DNA of 46,789 nt, from the NCBI GenBank assembly GCA_021107575.1, contig JAIOSM010000100.1, positions 1 through 46,789 on the forward strand, given 5' to 3'. The stretch comes from Desulfobacteraceae bacterium (GTDB lineage: Bacteria > Desulfobacterota > Desulfobacteria > Desulfobacterales > Desulfobacteraceae). This document shows positions 26,258 to 35,838 of the stretch, in pieces (position 1 is the stretch's first letter; every line of letters begins with the position of its first letter). The notes beneath the pieces are model-generated. The model was not told the origin of the DNA. It did no database searches and saw only the letters and a program-made list of their open reading frames with translations. A program made the position numbers and the translations under genes.

Positions 26258-26577
26258 TTTAACCTCCTGTCTGTTTTTCTATGTTTTTTTATAAAAACAT
26301 TAAGTTTTTTCTGATAGTTAAATTCTTCATCAATTATTTTATTAATGATTTGCATTGTTTTTTTATAATTTTTAAGCGGGTCGGTAGGTACTTTAGAATT
26401 TAATACTTTTGCATAGAATAGTAATTGTGCTTTTGTTTTTATTTCAATATTTTCCAGATACCTTGCTATTTCGTTCTCTTCTTCCATTCTATTTAGTTCC
26501 TCTGGAAATTTATCCCGGAGATGTTTGAGTGCTATTCGAACATATTTATTTTTTGATGCAGAAGGATTGTTTGTCAT
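26254..26577 (-). CDS. hypothetical protein (107 aa)
   Basis: ORF packed between topoisomerase III and the paralog pair, with an ATGA-type overlap at 26254-26257. Confidence 0.5.
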   Translation of the reverse strand: MTNNPSASKNKYVRIALKHLRDKFPEELNRMEEENEIARYLENIEIKTKAQLLFYAKVLNSKVPTDPLKNYKKTMQIINKIIDEEFNYQKKLNVFIKKHRKTDRRLK

Positions 26578-26588
26578 GGCTTTTCTTC

Positions 26589-28745
26589 TTATTTGTTTGT
26601 TTTAAAAATCATTACTTCACCAGGCTTGCCATTATCATCTTTCCTAAGTGGACATTCACCGCTTTTACACGCCCAAAAGAAAAAGCCTTTCTTCTTTACA
26701 GATTCTTTCTGAAAAGTATCTTTGCCACAATCAGGACATTTAGCTTTTTTTTGATTTTGGTTGTTCGCTCCCTTGCGGATCACCGCCGGAACTCCGTTAT
26801 TGTCTGGAAGAAAAAGAGGGCTGTTGGTTTTATGCCCATCATTATTAAAACATGCCCAATAAAAACCCGGCTTGTCTTTTGATTTAATTCTTTTGATTGC
26901 AGATCCGCATTCCGGACATTTAACAATGTCACCGATTAAACTTTTAGGAAACTTAGCTGATAAAGTCTCTTTTACAATATCCGGAAGTAAGTTTTTTTGC
27001 TGGTTTAAGAAATCAGAAAGAGTTCCTTCTTTTTTAGCAATTTCATTAAGTTTAGTTTCCCAGGTTGCAGTGGTGCAATAGTCTTTTAATAAACTAGGAG
27101 AAACCGCAATTATTACCTTGCCGGTTTCTGTGGAAATTATAAATTTTTTGTCCCGGAGTAAATATTTTCTTGAAAGCAGGGTTTCAATAATATTTGCCCT
27201 GGTTGCCTCTGTTCCAAGTCCAGAGGTTTCTTTTAAAGTTGTTTTTTTTTCTTTATCCTCAACATATTTATGTATGTTTTCCATGGCAGCAATCAAAGTA
27301 CCGTCTGTAAATTTAGCAAGTGGCTGAGTTGTTTTAGACTTACAATCAAAATCCTTGCAAGAGACAGGATCATTTTCTTTTACCTCAGGTAAAGTTATTA
27401 CTTTTTTAGTCTCTTTTTTAGGGTTTACACTCGTCCACCCAGGATCAATCACGGTTGTTCCTGATACGCTCCATTGTTCATCTGCAATATCTGAAATAAT
27501 TTTAGTAGATTCATAATGCATCGCCGGAAAAAACTGTTGTATGTAGGAGAAAACAATGGCATTAAAAACGTGTGTCTCTTGAGTATTTAAAGAGTTAGGT
27601 GTTTCACCGGTAGGTATGATGCCGTGATGCTCGCCAACTTTTTTAGTGTTCCATGCTTTAGACTTTAAAGTATGATCTGCATTAAGAGCTGAATTATATT
27701 TTTGTAACATGAGATCGTTTAAAATAGCTTCACTCTCATTAAATTGATCTTCCGGAAGAAACCGGCAATCTGTTCTTGGATACGTTGTAAGCTTTTTATC
27801 ATATAGCGATTGAGCATAATCAAGTGTTTCTTTAGCTGTAAAACCCCACTTTTTTGAGCACTCTTGCTGCAATGCTGATAAACTGAACGGTAACGGCGGG
27901 ACTTTCTTTTTTCTTTCTGTGTTTACTTGAGAAACTATTCCATGCTGATCTTTTGCTTTTGAAGCAATCTCGTGAGCAAGTTTCTTATCTAAAACCCTGT
28001 TTTCAGGGTCAAGGTCCTCATATTTATCGCTTGCAACCCAGGAAGCAACAAAATCACCGCTACTGTGATTAATTGTGATTGTGGGTATAAAATAGTTTAC
28101 AGGCTTAAAATTTTTAATAGCCTGGTCACGCTCAACAACAAGAGCAAGAGTTGGAGTTTGGACACGACCGAGAGAAAAAACGCCTTCTAAGCCTTGAGAT
28201 TGAGCTGTAACAGTTAACGCCCTTGTTGTATTAAGTCCAATAAGCCAATCAGCTCTTGATCTTGCCAGAGCAGAATCTTTAAAAGAAATATAATCATTGT
28301 TATCTTTTACTGAGTCCAAGGCTTTTTGAATTGCTGCATCAGTTAAAGAAGACAATAAAAGCCGTTGTGTTTGAGCCGTACAATTAAAATAGTCCAGGAC
28401 TTCATCAACAATTAACTGCCCTTCCCTGCCTTCGTCGCCAGCATTAACAACAATGTCACTTTTTTTAATTAACTCTTTTATGACATTCAGTTGTTTTTTT
28501 ATACCCTTATTATTCCTCGGTTCCATTTTCCAATGATCCGGTACAAAAGGAAGATTTTCTTTTTTCCAGGTCTTAAGATCTGGATCATAATGTTCAGGTT
28601 TTACTTGTTCAAGCAAGTGACCCACACACCAGGTTACATACGTTTCGTTATTGCATTTAATGTAGCCTGGTTTGTTTTCTGTGTTGCCGATTACTTTAGC
28701 AATAGCACGAGCAACGCTTGGTTTTTCTGCAATTATGATTTTCAA
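26589..28745 (-). CDS. topB: DNA topoisomerase III (type IA) with C-terminal zinc-ribbon repeats
   Basis: Toprim MKIIIAEKPSVA and GDEGREGQLI. Active-site region LTTYPRTDCRFL. C-terminal CPECG.../CPDCGKD... zinc ribbons. Confidence 0.92.
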   Translation of the reverse strand: MKIIIAEKPSVARAIAKVIGNTENKPGYIKCNNETYVTWCVGHLLEQVKPEHYDPDLKTWKKENLPFVPDHWKMEPRNNKGIKKQLNVIKELIKKSDIVVNAGDEGREGQLIVDEVLDYFNCTAQTQRLLLSSLTDAAIQKALDSVKDNNDYISFKDSALARSRADWLIGLNTTRALTVTAQSQGLEGVFSLGRVQTPTLALVVERDQAIKNFKPVNYFIPTITINHSSGDFVASWVASDKYEDLDPENRVLDKKLAHEIASKAKDQHGIVSQVNTERKKKVPPLPFSLSALQQECSKKWGFTAKETLDYAQSLYDKKLTTYPRTDCRFLPEDQFNESEAILNDLMLQKYNSALNADHTLKSKAWNTKKVGEHHGIIPTGETPNSLNTQETHVFNAIVFSYIQQFFPAMHYESTKIISDIADEQWSVSGTTVIDPGWTSVNPKKETKKVITLPEVKENDPVSCKDFDCKSKTTQPLAKFTDGTLIAAMENIHKYVEDKEKKTTLKETSGLGTEATRANIIETLLSRKYLLRDKKFIISTETGKVIIAVSPSLLKDYCTTATWETKLNEIAKKEGTLSDFLNQQKNLLPDIVKETLSAKFPKSLIGDIVKCPECGSAIKRIKSKDKPGFYWACFNNDGHKTNSPLFLPDNNGVPAVIRKGANNQNQKKAKCPDCGKDTFQKESVKKKGFFFWACKSGECPLRKDDNGKPGEVMIFKTNK

Positions 28746-29662
28746 AATTGTACCTCCGAAATTTTAGTTACTGTGGCTTCGTATTCGGTTCTGGAATGCC
28801 TTTGAATAAAGACAATGATGTTTACAGCTTTTTTTACATATTCTTGTATAACTTCTTTAGCACCAGAAATGCCCGACATTTGTACATTCATTACTAAAGC
28901 ATCAATGGCAAGCTCCGGCGAATTTGCGTGTAAGGTTGCCATGCTTCCCGCATGACCGGTATTAATGATTCTTAAGAAAGGATAAGAATTTGCTATATCA
29001 AGTTCTCCCCAAATTATACGGTCTGGCCGCATCCTTACTATTGAATCATTGATCTCTTTATATGTACTTTTCCCAATATCTGTGCCGCTTTTAGATTTTA
29101 CGAGTGACACAACATTAGGTTGGTCAACTATTAACTCCGGTGCATCTTCAACCGTGATAATCCTTTTAGATTCTGGAATATAACGAGTCATTGTATTTAA
29201 AAGAGTTGTTTTACCGCTTGAAGTACCGCCAACAATTATAATTGTCTGCCCTGTTTCAAGGGCAGACTTTAAAAATTCAACTTCCTTTTCAGAATCAATA
29301 TAGTCTTTTAGTTCAAACCGTTTGGCTGCTGCAACTCTTATAGAAAGACTTGTTCCTTTCATAGCAACGGTATCTTTTACAGCATGAATTCTATAGCCAT
29401 ATTTAGGTATAGTTGTGGCCAGAACAGGGTGTTCATCAGAAAATTTCTGCCCCTGGCTTGTAGCAAGGGTTTCAACAAAACTATTTATGTTTCTTAGTGT
29501 TAAAGAATCTTTAACTGCTTTAGTTTTTATCTGCTCCCATCCGGTGTTTGTATCAAGCCAGATCATGCCAGGCTCATTAATAACAATATCAGTCACGTCT
29601 TTTCTTTTAAAAAAAGGTTCAAAAAGCTTTAAATAGTGATTTAGTAATGCTATTTGTGCCAT
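28742..29662 (-). CDS. virB11: T4SS ATPase VirB11/TrbB
   Basis: Walker A IIVGGTSSGKTTLLN, then RIITVEDAPEL, then a His-box-like INTGHAGSMATLHA. Confidence 0.9.
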   Translation of the reverse strand: MAQIALLNHYLKLFEPFFKRKDVTDIVINEPGMIWLDTNTGWEQIKTKAVKDSLTLRNINSFVETLATSQGQKFSDEHPVLATTIPKYGYRIHAVKDTVAMKGTSLSIRVAAAKRFELKDYIDSEKEVEFLKSALETGQTIIIVGGTSSGKTTLLNTMTRYIPESKRIITVEDAPELIVDQPNVVSLVKSKSGTDIGKSTYKEINDSIVRMRPDRIIWGELDIANSYPFLRIINTGHAGSMATLHANSPELAIDALVMNVQMSGISGAKEVIQEYVKKAVNIIVFIQRHSRTEYEATVTKISEVQF

Positions 29663-29665
29663 TTT

Positions 29666-32155
29666 TTACTCCGAAACATAATAGAAAGTACCGTCAGGGC
29701 GTACATATTTAGTTGTTTCAAAGGCAATCAGAATGCCGCCGTTTTCTGAGTCGTTTGACACGGATGATGTACCACCAAGACCAGAGAAACCCCAAACAGA
29801 AAAACGCTGATGGTCCGTTGAACCACCAAACCACGTACCGCTCTCAACTGCTACCGTGCCGGAAGATGCTCCCGGGCTGGTCGTACTCCCACCCCTACCT
29901 ACATTAAGATGGTCGTTTGATAATACATAGCCAGGCTGACCAGAAGCACCAGTGTTACCTATGCCACCTGATTGTGCAGTGTAAGTGATATCTCCACCAT
30001 TGAAACTACCTGTTATTGTCGTAATTTGTGGTGGAACAGCACTAAAAAAAGCAGATTGAGAACTGTTTTGTTTTAATAAACTTGAAGTTCCTTTGCTACC
30101 AACTTTTAGAGTTAAGACAGAGCCTGGTATAACAACAATTGACCCTGAAATTGTTTTAAATTCCCCGCGTGACCCTCCTTTCGCTGCTTCATAATTAACC
30201 GTTACACCACCATTGTTATTAGTATAAGCCGACCAAGTGAAATCGCCACCAGTACCACCGCCACCAACTAAAATAATTTCCTTAAGCTGATTTACCGGAC
30301 CCGGAACCGTCCAAGCCTGAGAAGTTCGAAAAACAAGCCTTTCCTCGGTATCACCTAAGAATTCATAAGGTATTATCGCGTGGTCGTGTGCTTCTTCGAT
30401 TTTAACTCTTGTAACTCCATCTTTTTCTGTAATATATGTTTCTACGCGGTGAACCGCCTGGAGAGCTTCATCATCATTGATCCAGCCCGCTGTTTCATAT
30501 TCATGCGACATTGAATAGCCTTCATCTCGCTGAAAGGGTGTTAAAATTTCCTTTTCTTCTGTAATCGGATCAATGAAAAATGTTCTAGTGATGTAATAGG
30601 ATCTTTTTGCAGTAAAATCATGCTCAAATCTTGGATCTCCATATTCTTTTTGAACTAAAATTTCATCAGAATGAGGGTAGCAATGCGTGGCGTAGTCTTC
30701 CTGTTCAAAACGATTTTCGAATGCTTTTCTGTAATTTGGAATAATATATATTCCAACCTGAGTTACCGGGCAAGTATTTCTAGTAACGTAATGCTCTAAG
30801 TCCGGGCCGATTTCAGTAGTATCTCCGATGTTAAATCGTTTATTATTCTGATTAGGTTCAATGTAATAGTATTGTACTGCTCGCTTTGAATAGCCCGGAA
30901 CTTCCGGATCATCATTTAAATAATGAGCATAGCCCTTTTCTTCTATTTGTAATTCTACAAAATTACCATTGAGTGAGCATCCTGAATCTGAAAATGGTAA
31001 AAAAGGAGATTCGGGAATACGCTCATTCCGCCTTGTTAAAATCGTTTTATCTTCTTCCAGCGCTTGCAATCTTTGATAATCTATAATTCGATCTTCGCAG
31101 ATATCGACCCTTGTTTTAAAAGTAGCGTTCTTAGAGCAATCATCACAGATCACCTGACCCTCTTCGTCTGTATCTATAGCTCTTCTTGTATATTCAATTC
31201 TGACATTTTCTGTACTTGTATCATCAATACAACCCTGGTCTGTAAAATATTGCTGATATTGTTTATCAGTTGTTCTGCAAGCGCCGGCAGTAATTTCCTG
31301 ATTATTGTACAATGGCTCAGTGTAATAATACTGAACCTGTTCAGTAGACAGTCCGGTTTTAAAGTCATGGATATAACCACAAACTTTTTGCTGTACCGGT
31401 ACTCCGGCATCGTAGTCAGGAGTACAATTAGTTTCTATCATTACCTCCCCGTTTTCATATGTTATTTGCTTGAAAAGGGGATAGGCCGTCATTGATTCAA
31501 GGTCAATCTCTCTTTTTCCACAAAATTTATTTTCTTGCCGATAAATAGTTACGGGATCGTCTTTTGGTGGTTCCGGTTCCTGGAATTCAAAGGGGTTTGA
31601 TCCTTGATCGCCATCATCCTTATCACCTTTTACACTGTCAGCACCGCCCCCCTCTGCAGTGAATGTTCCGGCATCTTTAGCGGTTGTAACTTCTACAGGT
31701 TTTTTTTCCTTTAACGCAAGATTTTGTAAAGCTTCTTCCAGTGCTTCTATATTGCCTTTAGCCATAATTGTTTCATTAATATTTATTAACTCGTCTTTGG
31801 TTCTAAATTGAGAACGCAAGGGAAAAGTAAGTTGCTCGGAAACTGTTTTTTTCCCTTGTGTGGTCATCTCTATACTATGCCACTCTATACGGCCACGCTG
31901 AGAGTTAGACAATTTCTCAAAAACCAAAGAACCAATAAAAGTGACTCTATTAAGGCCAAAACTCACAGCATCAGCGTTTATTTCTGCGATCTGTGCGCTT
32001 ACGTTTAGCGTGTCAGGTACTTGAATTGGTGTTGTTAATTTTAATTTAATCGCTTTTTCTTTTTCAATTTTGGCATTATTATTAGAAGCTACAGCAACAC
32101 CAAACAAAATCAGTATTGCAAATAATAGGGTTGAGTAAAGTATTAATCTTTTCAT
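29666..32155 (-). CDS. large secreted protein (829 aa) with internal repeats and a C-terminal glycine-rich domain (PF12810-like); putative surface/adhesin component
   Basis: Signal peptide MKRLILYSTLLFAILILFGVAVA. Repeated VQYYY(T/I)EP..NN motifs about 150 aa apart. C-terminus carries SQAWTVPGPVNQLKEIILVGGGGTGG followed by G/S/T-rich strands. Confidence 0.7.
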   Translation of the reverse strand: MKRLILYSTLLFAILILFGVAVASNNNAKIEKEKAIKLKLTTPIQVPDTLNVSAQIAEINADAVSFGLNRVTFIGSLVFEKLSNSQRGRIEWHSIEMTTQGKKTVSEQLTFPLRSQFRTKDELININETIMAKGNIEALEEALQNLALKEKKPVEVTTAKDAGTFTAEGGGADSVKGDKDDGDQGSNPFEFQEPEPPKDDPVTIYRQENKFCGKREIDLESMTAYPLFKQITYENGEVMIETNCTPDYDAGVPVQQKVCGYIHDFKTGLSTEQVQYYYTEPLYNNQEITAGACRTTDKQYQQYFTDQGCIDDTSTENVRIEYTRRAIDTDEEGQVICDDCSKNATFKTRVDICEDRIIDYQRLQALEEDKTILTRRNERIPESPFLPFSDSGCSLNGNFVELQIEEKGYAHYLNDDPEVPGYSKRAVQYYYIEPNQNNKRFNIGDTTEIGPDLEHYVTRNTCPVTQVGIYIIPNYRKAFENRFEQEDYATHCYPHSDEILVQKEYGDPRFEHDFTAKRSYYITRTFFIDPITEEKEILTPFQRDEGYSMSHEYETAGWINDDEALQAVHRVETYITEKDGVTRVKIEEAHDHAIIPYEFLGDTEERLVFRTSQAWTVPGPVNQLKEIILVGGGGTGGDFTWSAYTNNNGGVTVNYEAAKGGSRGEFKTISGSIVVIPGSVLTLKVGSKGTSSLLKQNSSQSAFFSAVPPQITTITGSFNGGDITYTAQSGGIGNTGASGQPGYVLSNDHLNVGRGGSTTSPGASSGTVAVESGTWFGGSTDHQRFSVWGFSGLGGTSSVSNDSENGGILIAFETTKYVRPDGTFYYVSE

Positions 32156-32169
32156 TATGTTTTCTCCTT

Positions 32170-33495
32170 TTATAAGGTGATTTCGGAAGCCTTCCCTTCT
32201 GTTTTTGATATGACTTGAAACAAAATGTCTGCTTTTGGTTCAATAAATATTTTAGCTCCTTGCGGAACATGAACAATTGGTTTTAACTGCAAGGTGCTAT
32301 CAAGTATTTTTTCTGTTATGTCGGCAAAAGAATTTGTTGCGGCCTGTAAAGCAAGACCTTCTTGTCGTGAGGTAACAGGTACAGAATATAAAGAAAGAGC
32401 ATTAATTATGCTTGTAAACATGCTCATGCCGTATCTGTCCAGAAACCTATTATCAACTTTGCCGGTAATACCAGATCTTCCCATTGAATCTGACATCTCA
32501 GCATTACCGACATGGACATTCACGCCCTGGGGAGTAATAAAACGATTCCAGATGCATAAAATACGTTCCTGCCCTTGCTTCTGGATCGGATAATAACGCC
32601 CTACTGCTTTTGTGCCGGCAGGAATCAGGATTGTGCGACCATGACCGCCGTAAACATTTTCTGATATTTGAGCAATTATTTTACCTGGTAGTTGAGAATT
32701 AATTCTATTCTCAAGGATTGCCGGAATATGTTTGGCCACATGGAGAACTCTTGTCATGTCTATTGGTTTGCTTGCCTCGGTTGCATCTTCTCTCCAGAAT
32801 TGATGTTCCTGGATAACATTAGTTTCTTTTTTTTTGACATTCAACCCGCTCATTTCACTGACAAGGCTAATTGAAACCGTACCACGCCTTGTTTCATTTA
32901 AAAGGCCAGCCCAGTCATTAAGAGAAAAGGTTTTTACTGGTACAAGGCTTTTTGCCTGATCATCAGAGCTTAGTTTTAAGCCTTGTCGAACCAATATCTC
33001 TTGTTGCCTTTCCTTTTCTGCTTTTTGTTGTTGGACAAAGCCTTGGTTTTTAGCTTTTAAGGCTTTATTCTCCGCTTGTATTTTTGCAAGCTCAATAGCT
33101 TTTTCAGCCTCTGCTTTACTTAATGTTTTTGGATTTTTGTCTGCAGGTGTTGTTGCAGCAGAATCCTGACCAGAACCAAATTTAAAAAAATCACTATCCA
33201 GAGTTAAACCGTCCATGTCTTCAATTTCCGGCGATTTTTCTGCTGTCTTAAAAAAATCCGCACTGATCCCTAAAAAATCAATGCTTAAGGTGTGTTCAGG
33301 ATCAGAGTAATAACTGACAACAAAAAACATTAAGACACCAAGAGAACAAGAAAGCAGAACAGAGCCGAGTATAATACCCCAAGCACCGCCAAGCTTAGGC
33401 TTTTTTATTTTTAATGTCTTTTGTTTGCTCAATTTTCTTCCTTTTGTTTTGACCTGGTTATGCAAACGTATGATTCGCCATATCTTAAACACCAC
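32170..33495 (-). CDS. virB10: T4SS VirB10/TrbI
   Basis: N-terminal TM, coiled/Pro-poor linker, C-terminal barrel block TILIPAGTKAVGRY...ILCIWNRFITPQGV...GITGKVDNRF. Start ambiguous: the ATG at 33495 has GGTGA upstream, and the TTG at 33432 has AAGGAAG upstream. Confidence 0.85.
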   Translation of the reverse strand: MVFKIWRIIRLHNQVKTKGRKLSKQKTLKIKKPKLGGAWGIILGSVLLSCSLGVLMFFVVSYYSDPEHTLSIDFLGISADFFKTAEKSPEIEDMDGLTLDSDFFKFGSGQDSAATTPADKNPKTLSKAEAEKAIELAKIQAENKALKAKNQGFVQQQKAEKERQQEILVRQGLKLSSDDQAKSLVPVKTFSLNDWAGLLNETRRGTVSISLVSEMSGLNVKKKETNVIQEHQFWREDATEASKPIDMTRVLHVAKHIPAILENRINSQLPGKIIAQISENVYGGHGRTILIPAGTKAVGRYYPIQKQGQERILCIWNRFITPQGVNVHVGNAEMSDSMGRSGITGKVDNRFLDRYGMSMFTSIINALSLYSVPVTSRQEGLALQAATNSFADITEKILDSTLQLKPIVHVPQGAKIFIEPKADILFQVISKTEGKASEITL

Positions 33496-33800
33496 AAATC
33501 ACCTGTTGTTTCTGCGATTAAGAAATTGCCGTCAACTCTGGTGTTGACTAGAGATTCCATTTTGTCATCTATGATGTAAACGGTGGGGAGTTTTCTCTTG
33601 TCAATGTGTCCGGAATGTGAATACTTGAAATATGTCCAGTATCCATCATCAAAAACCTGAATAGGAGCTATGTTTACATCTCCGCCTGAATTGCCGATTA
33701 CACAAGGTGAATAATTTTTTGATATTTTCTTTTTAAAAGCACAGGCAGGGAACAACAACAATATCATTAATAGCAGTATAATTAATTTATTCTTGGACAT
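33429..33800 (-). CDS. lipoprotein carrying a VirB9 C-terminal-like domain (VirB7-like role)
   Basis: ATG at 33800 lies 6 nt after AAGGAGGTG. Lipobox LLLFPAC. VFDDGYWTYFKY...LPTVYIIDD...LVNTRVDGNFLIAE matches the VirB9 C-domain pattern. Confidence 0.7.
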   Translation of the reverse strand: MSKNKLIILLLMILLLFPACAFKKKISKNYSPCVIGNSGGDVNIAPIQVFDDGYWTYFKYSHSGHIDKRKLPTVYIIDDKMESLVNTRVDGNFLIAETTGDLWCLRYGESYVCITRSKQKEEN

Positions 33801-34446
33801 ATTTTTCACCTCCTTTTATGCTGTAATTATAGTTAATATCTTTTCCTCTCATATATGGTAACTCTCTTAGATAATCGCTTTCATGTTGTTCCATTTTTGA
33901 AATCTCTTTAGCCTCATTTTTTTCTTTTCTATCTTTTGCGGTTAAAAGAGGCTTTAGGAAAGGATCTGAAATGTAATAAACAAGGTTTGGTAAATAAGCA
34001 CTCTCGGTTGAATCAATTCTTAAATAAAAAGAATAGATGTTTCCTGACTTGCCGATTACAGTTAGGTTGGTATCTCCACCCGGGCGAATACCCCAAACAG
34101 TAAAAAGATTGTCTCTTTCTTCAATCTTAGCAAAGTTGAAATTCTGGTTATCCCCCAGGATAAAACTTTGAATGATTTCATGGTGTGGCAAACGAATAGT
34201 CGTTACCATAAACTCTCTTAGCCTGATTTTATAAGTAAAGTTTTGACCGTATAAAACGGTTTTTATGTTTGCATCGGCTTTTGATAAATCAAAAGCCTTT
34301 TGAATACGGTCAAGATTAACAATAATATCTTGCATTTCTCTATTATTTGTTGCTCCGGCTGCTCCGGCATTATCAAGGGTTTCATCGGTAAGAGAAAACC
34401 CTGGAACAGAGAAAAGCAAGATTATTAAAATGATTAGAACCCTCAT
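33787..34446 (-). CDS. virB9: VirB9/TrbG N-terminal-domain protein (lacks the C-terminal domain)
   Basis: Signal peptide. MVTTIRLPHHEIIQSFILGD...FTVWGIRPGGDTNLTVIGKSGNIYSFYL matches the VirB9 N-domain pattern. The gene ends right after NYNYSIKGG. Confidence 0.7.
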   Translation of the reverse strand: MRVLIILIILLFSVPGFSLTDETLDNAGAAGATNNREMQDIIVNLDRIQKAFDLSKADANIKTVLYGQNFTYKIRLREFMVTTIRLPHHEIIQSFILGDNQNFNFAKIEERDNLFTVWGIRPGGDTNLTVIGKSGNIYSFYLRIDSTESAYLPNLVYYISDPFLKPLLTAKDRKEKNEAKEISKMEQHESDYLRELPYMRGKDINYNYSIKGGEKYVQE

Positions 34447-35075
34447 TAATTATGCCTCCTTGTGATTGAATATTTTAGAACTAAAAAACCAAGTGGATTA
34501 AGCAGCCGTTCATCATAAGACACTTTTCTATCAACAAAAGTATATTGAAGGGTTGCTATCCAGTACTGGTTTTCATCTTTTTTAAAATCGTAAGAGTCTA
34601 TTGTTTCAAATTCGACCTGGTGCAAGCCTTTGGCAAGGTAAGAATCACGGATTATATTAATTTTTCTTTCAAGTCCTTTTTTAAAATATAATCCATTTTC
34701 TGTATCACCATAAATCCTTTTGAACTTTGTTCTTACTTCCTGAGCACTCATGGACATGACACGGGGATAACGGATTTTTGATTCCGTGGCGTGGTCAATT
34801 CTTTCTCTGCTTGTGACGTACATTCTCATAAACATGCTTATTAAAGCCTTTTCATTGGTGATAACACCACCGGCTTTTTGAACAGTTACAAAATTATTGG
34901 TTCCGCTTGAAAACTCGATAATATAAGGAACTTTTTCTTTCATTGGCAGTAAAAACATAAAGCTGATTACCAATAAAATATTAAGTAAAATTGAAACGAC
35001 AAAACAAATAGCTAAAATTTTATTATTTCGTATAGCCTGTTTGTATGGTGCTGTTACCTGTTCGGTTATTTCCAT
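34446..35075 (-). CDS. virB8: T4SS VirB8
   Basis: Single N-terminal TM (ILAICFVVSILLNILLVISFMFLL), a YVTSRE motif, an NTF2-like size, and a position between B6 and B9. Confidence 0.7.
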   Translation of the reverse strand: MEITEQVTAPYKQAIRNNKILAICFVVSILLNILLVISFMFLLPMKEKVPYIIEFSSGTNNFVTVQKAGGVITNEKALISMFMRMYVTSRERIDHATESKIRYPRVMSMSAQEVRTKFKRIYGDTENGLYFKKGLERKINIIRDSYLAKGLHQVEFETIDSYDFKKDENQYWIATLQYTFVDRKVSYDERLLNPLGFLVLKYSITRRHN

Positions 35076-35179
35076 ATTTATAATCCTATTGGTTTTTTTG
35101 GTTGCTCGTCCTTTTGAACAAGCTGTTTCAGCACAGAAAAAACGATTTCAAACTTTTCATCCGTTTGATTTTTTAAATC

Positions 35180-35449
35180 CTAGATGGCTTGTTTTAGCTC
35201 TTCAGTTTTTGTCAGCATGTATCTAGTTTTTGTGAAAGTTCTCATGATCTGGATGTTGACTTGGATTGCTCTATCGCTTTTAAGAACACTTGAAAGCATT
35301 GCAACGCCTTGTTCAGTAAAAGCCATAGGAGAATATCGAGTGCCACCCCAACTTGAGGTGCCAATTTGTGACCTCAAGTTGGAATTGGAGGTGTCAAATT
35401 GGGATCTCCAATTTTTAAATTCTAGTTTTGTGAGATTTGATTCAGTCAT
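35180..35449 (-). CDS. ORF6N-domain protein, N-terminally truncated
   Basis: [48 protein letters not shown] is the conserved ORF6N C-terminal block. The usual N-terminal half is missing. Start taken at the ATG at 35449. Confidence 0.6.
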   Translation of the reverse strand: MTESNLTKLEFKNWRSQFDTSNSNLRSQIGTSSWGGTRYSPMAFTEQGVAMLSSVLKSDRAIQVNIQIMRTFTKTRYMLTKTEELKQAI

Positions 35450-35591
35450 TTCTATATCCTTTGTTGCAATCAAATTTTTCTGCTGCAGGTCCTTCCGGAA
35501 AGACCGGCAATGAAATTTTGCAATCATTTTTTTGCCTTACATGGTTCATGGGTTCATGCGCTGACCAAGTACAATGTTTTTTGGATAGCAT

Positions 35592-35822
35592 TTACTCATT
35601 TTGAACAAGTTCATTTTTCAAGGATTCGTCTATTTGAACCTGCTTTTCCGATTTTTTCCGAGGCTTTTTAAAGATAAAAACATACAAAGCAAGAACAAGA
35701 AAACTAATGACATGATATCTGTACGGCAAAATATCAAACGCTGTTAATACCCCTGTGGATATAAAAATTGTTGAAAGAATTCCTAAACCAATTGTAATAT
35801 TTCTAAGTGTTAAAATTTTCAT
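35592..35822 (-). CDS. small two-TM membrane protein (76 aa)
   Basis: AAGGAGAG RBS 7 nt upstream. Two hydrophobic helices and a charged tail. Confidence 0.6.
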   Translation of the reverse strand: MKILTLRNITIGLGILSTIFISTGVLTAFDILPYRYHVISFLVLALYVFIFKKPRKKSEKQVQIDESLKNELVQNE

Positions 35823-35838
35823 AATTTACTCTCCTTTA

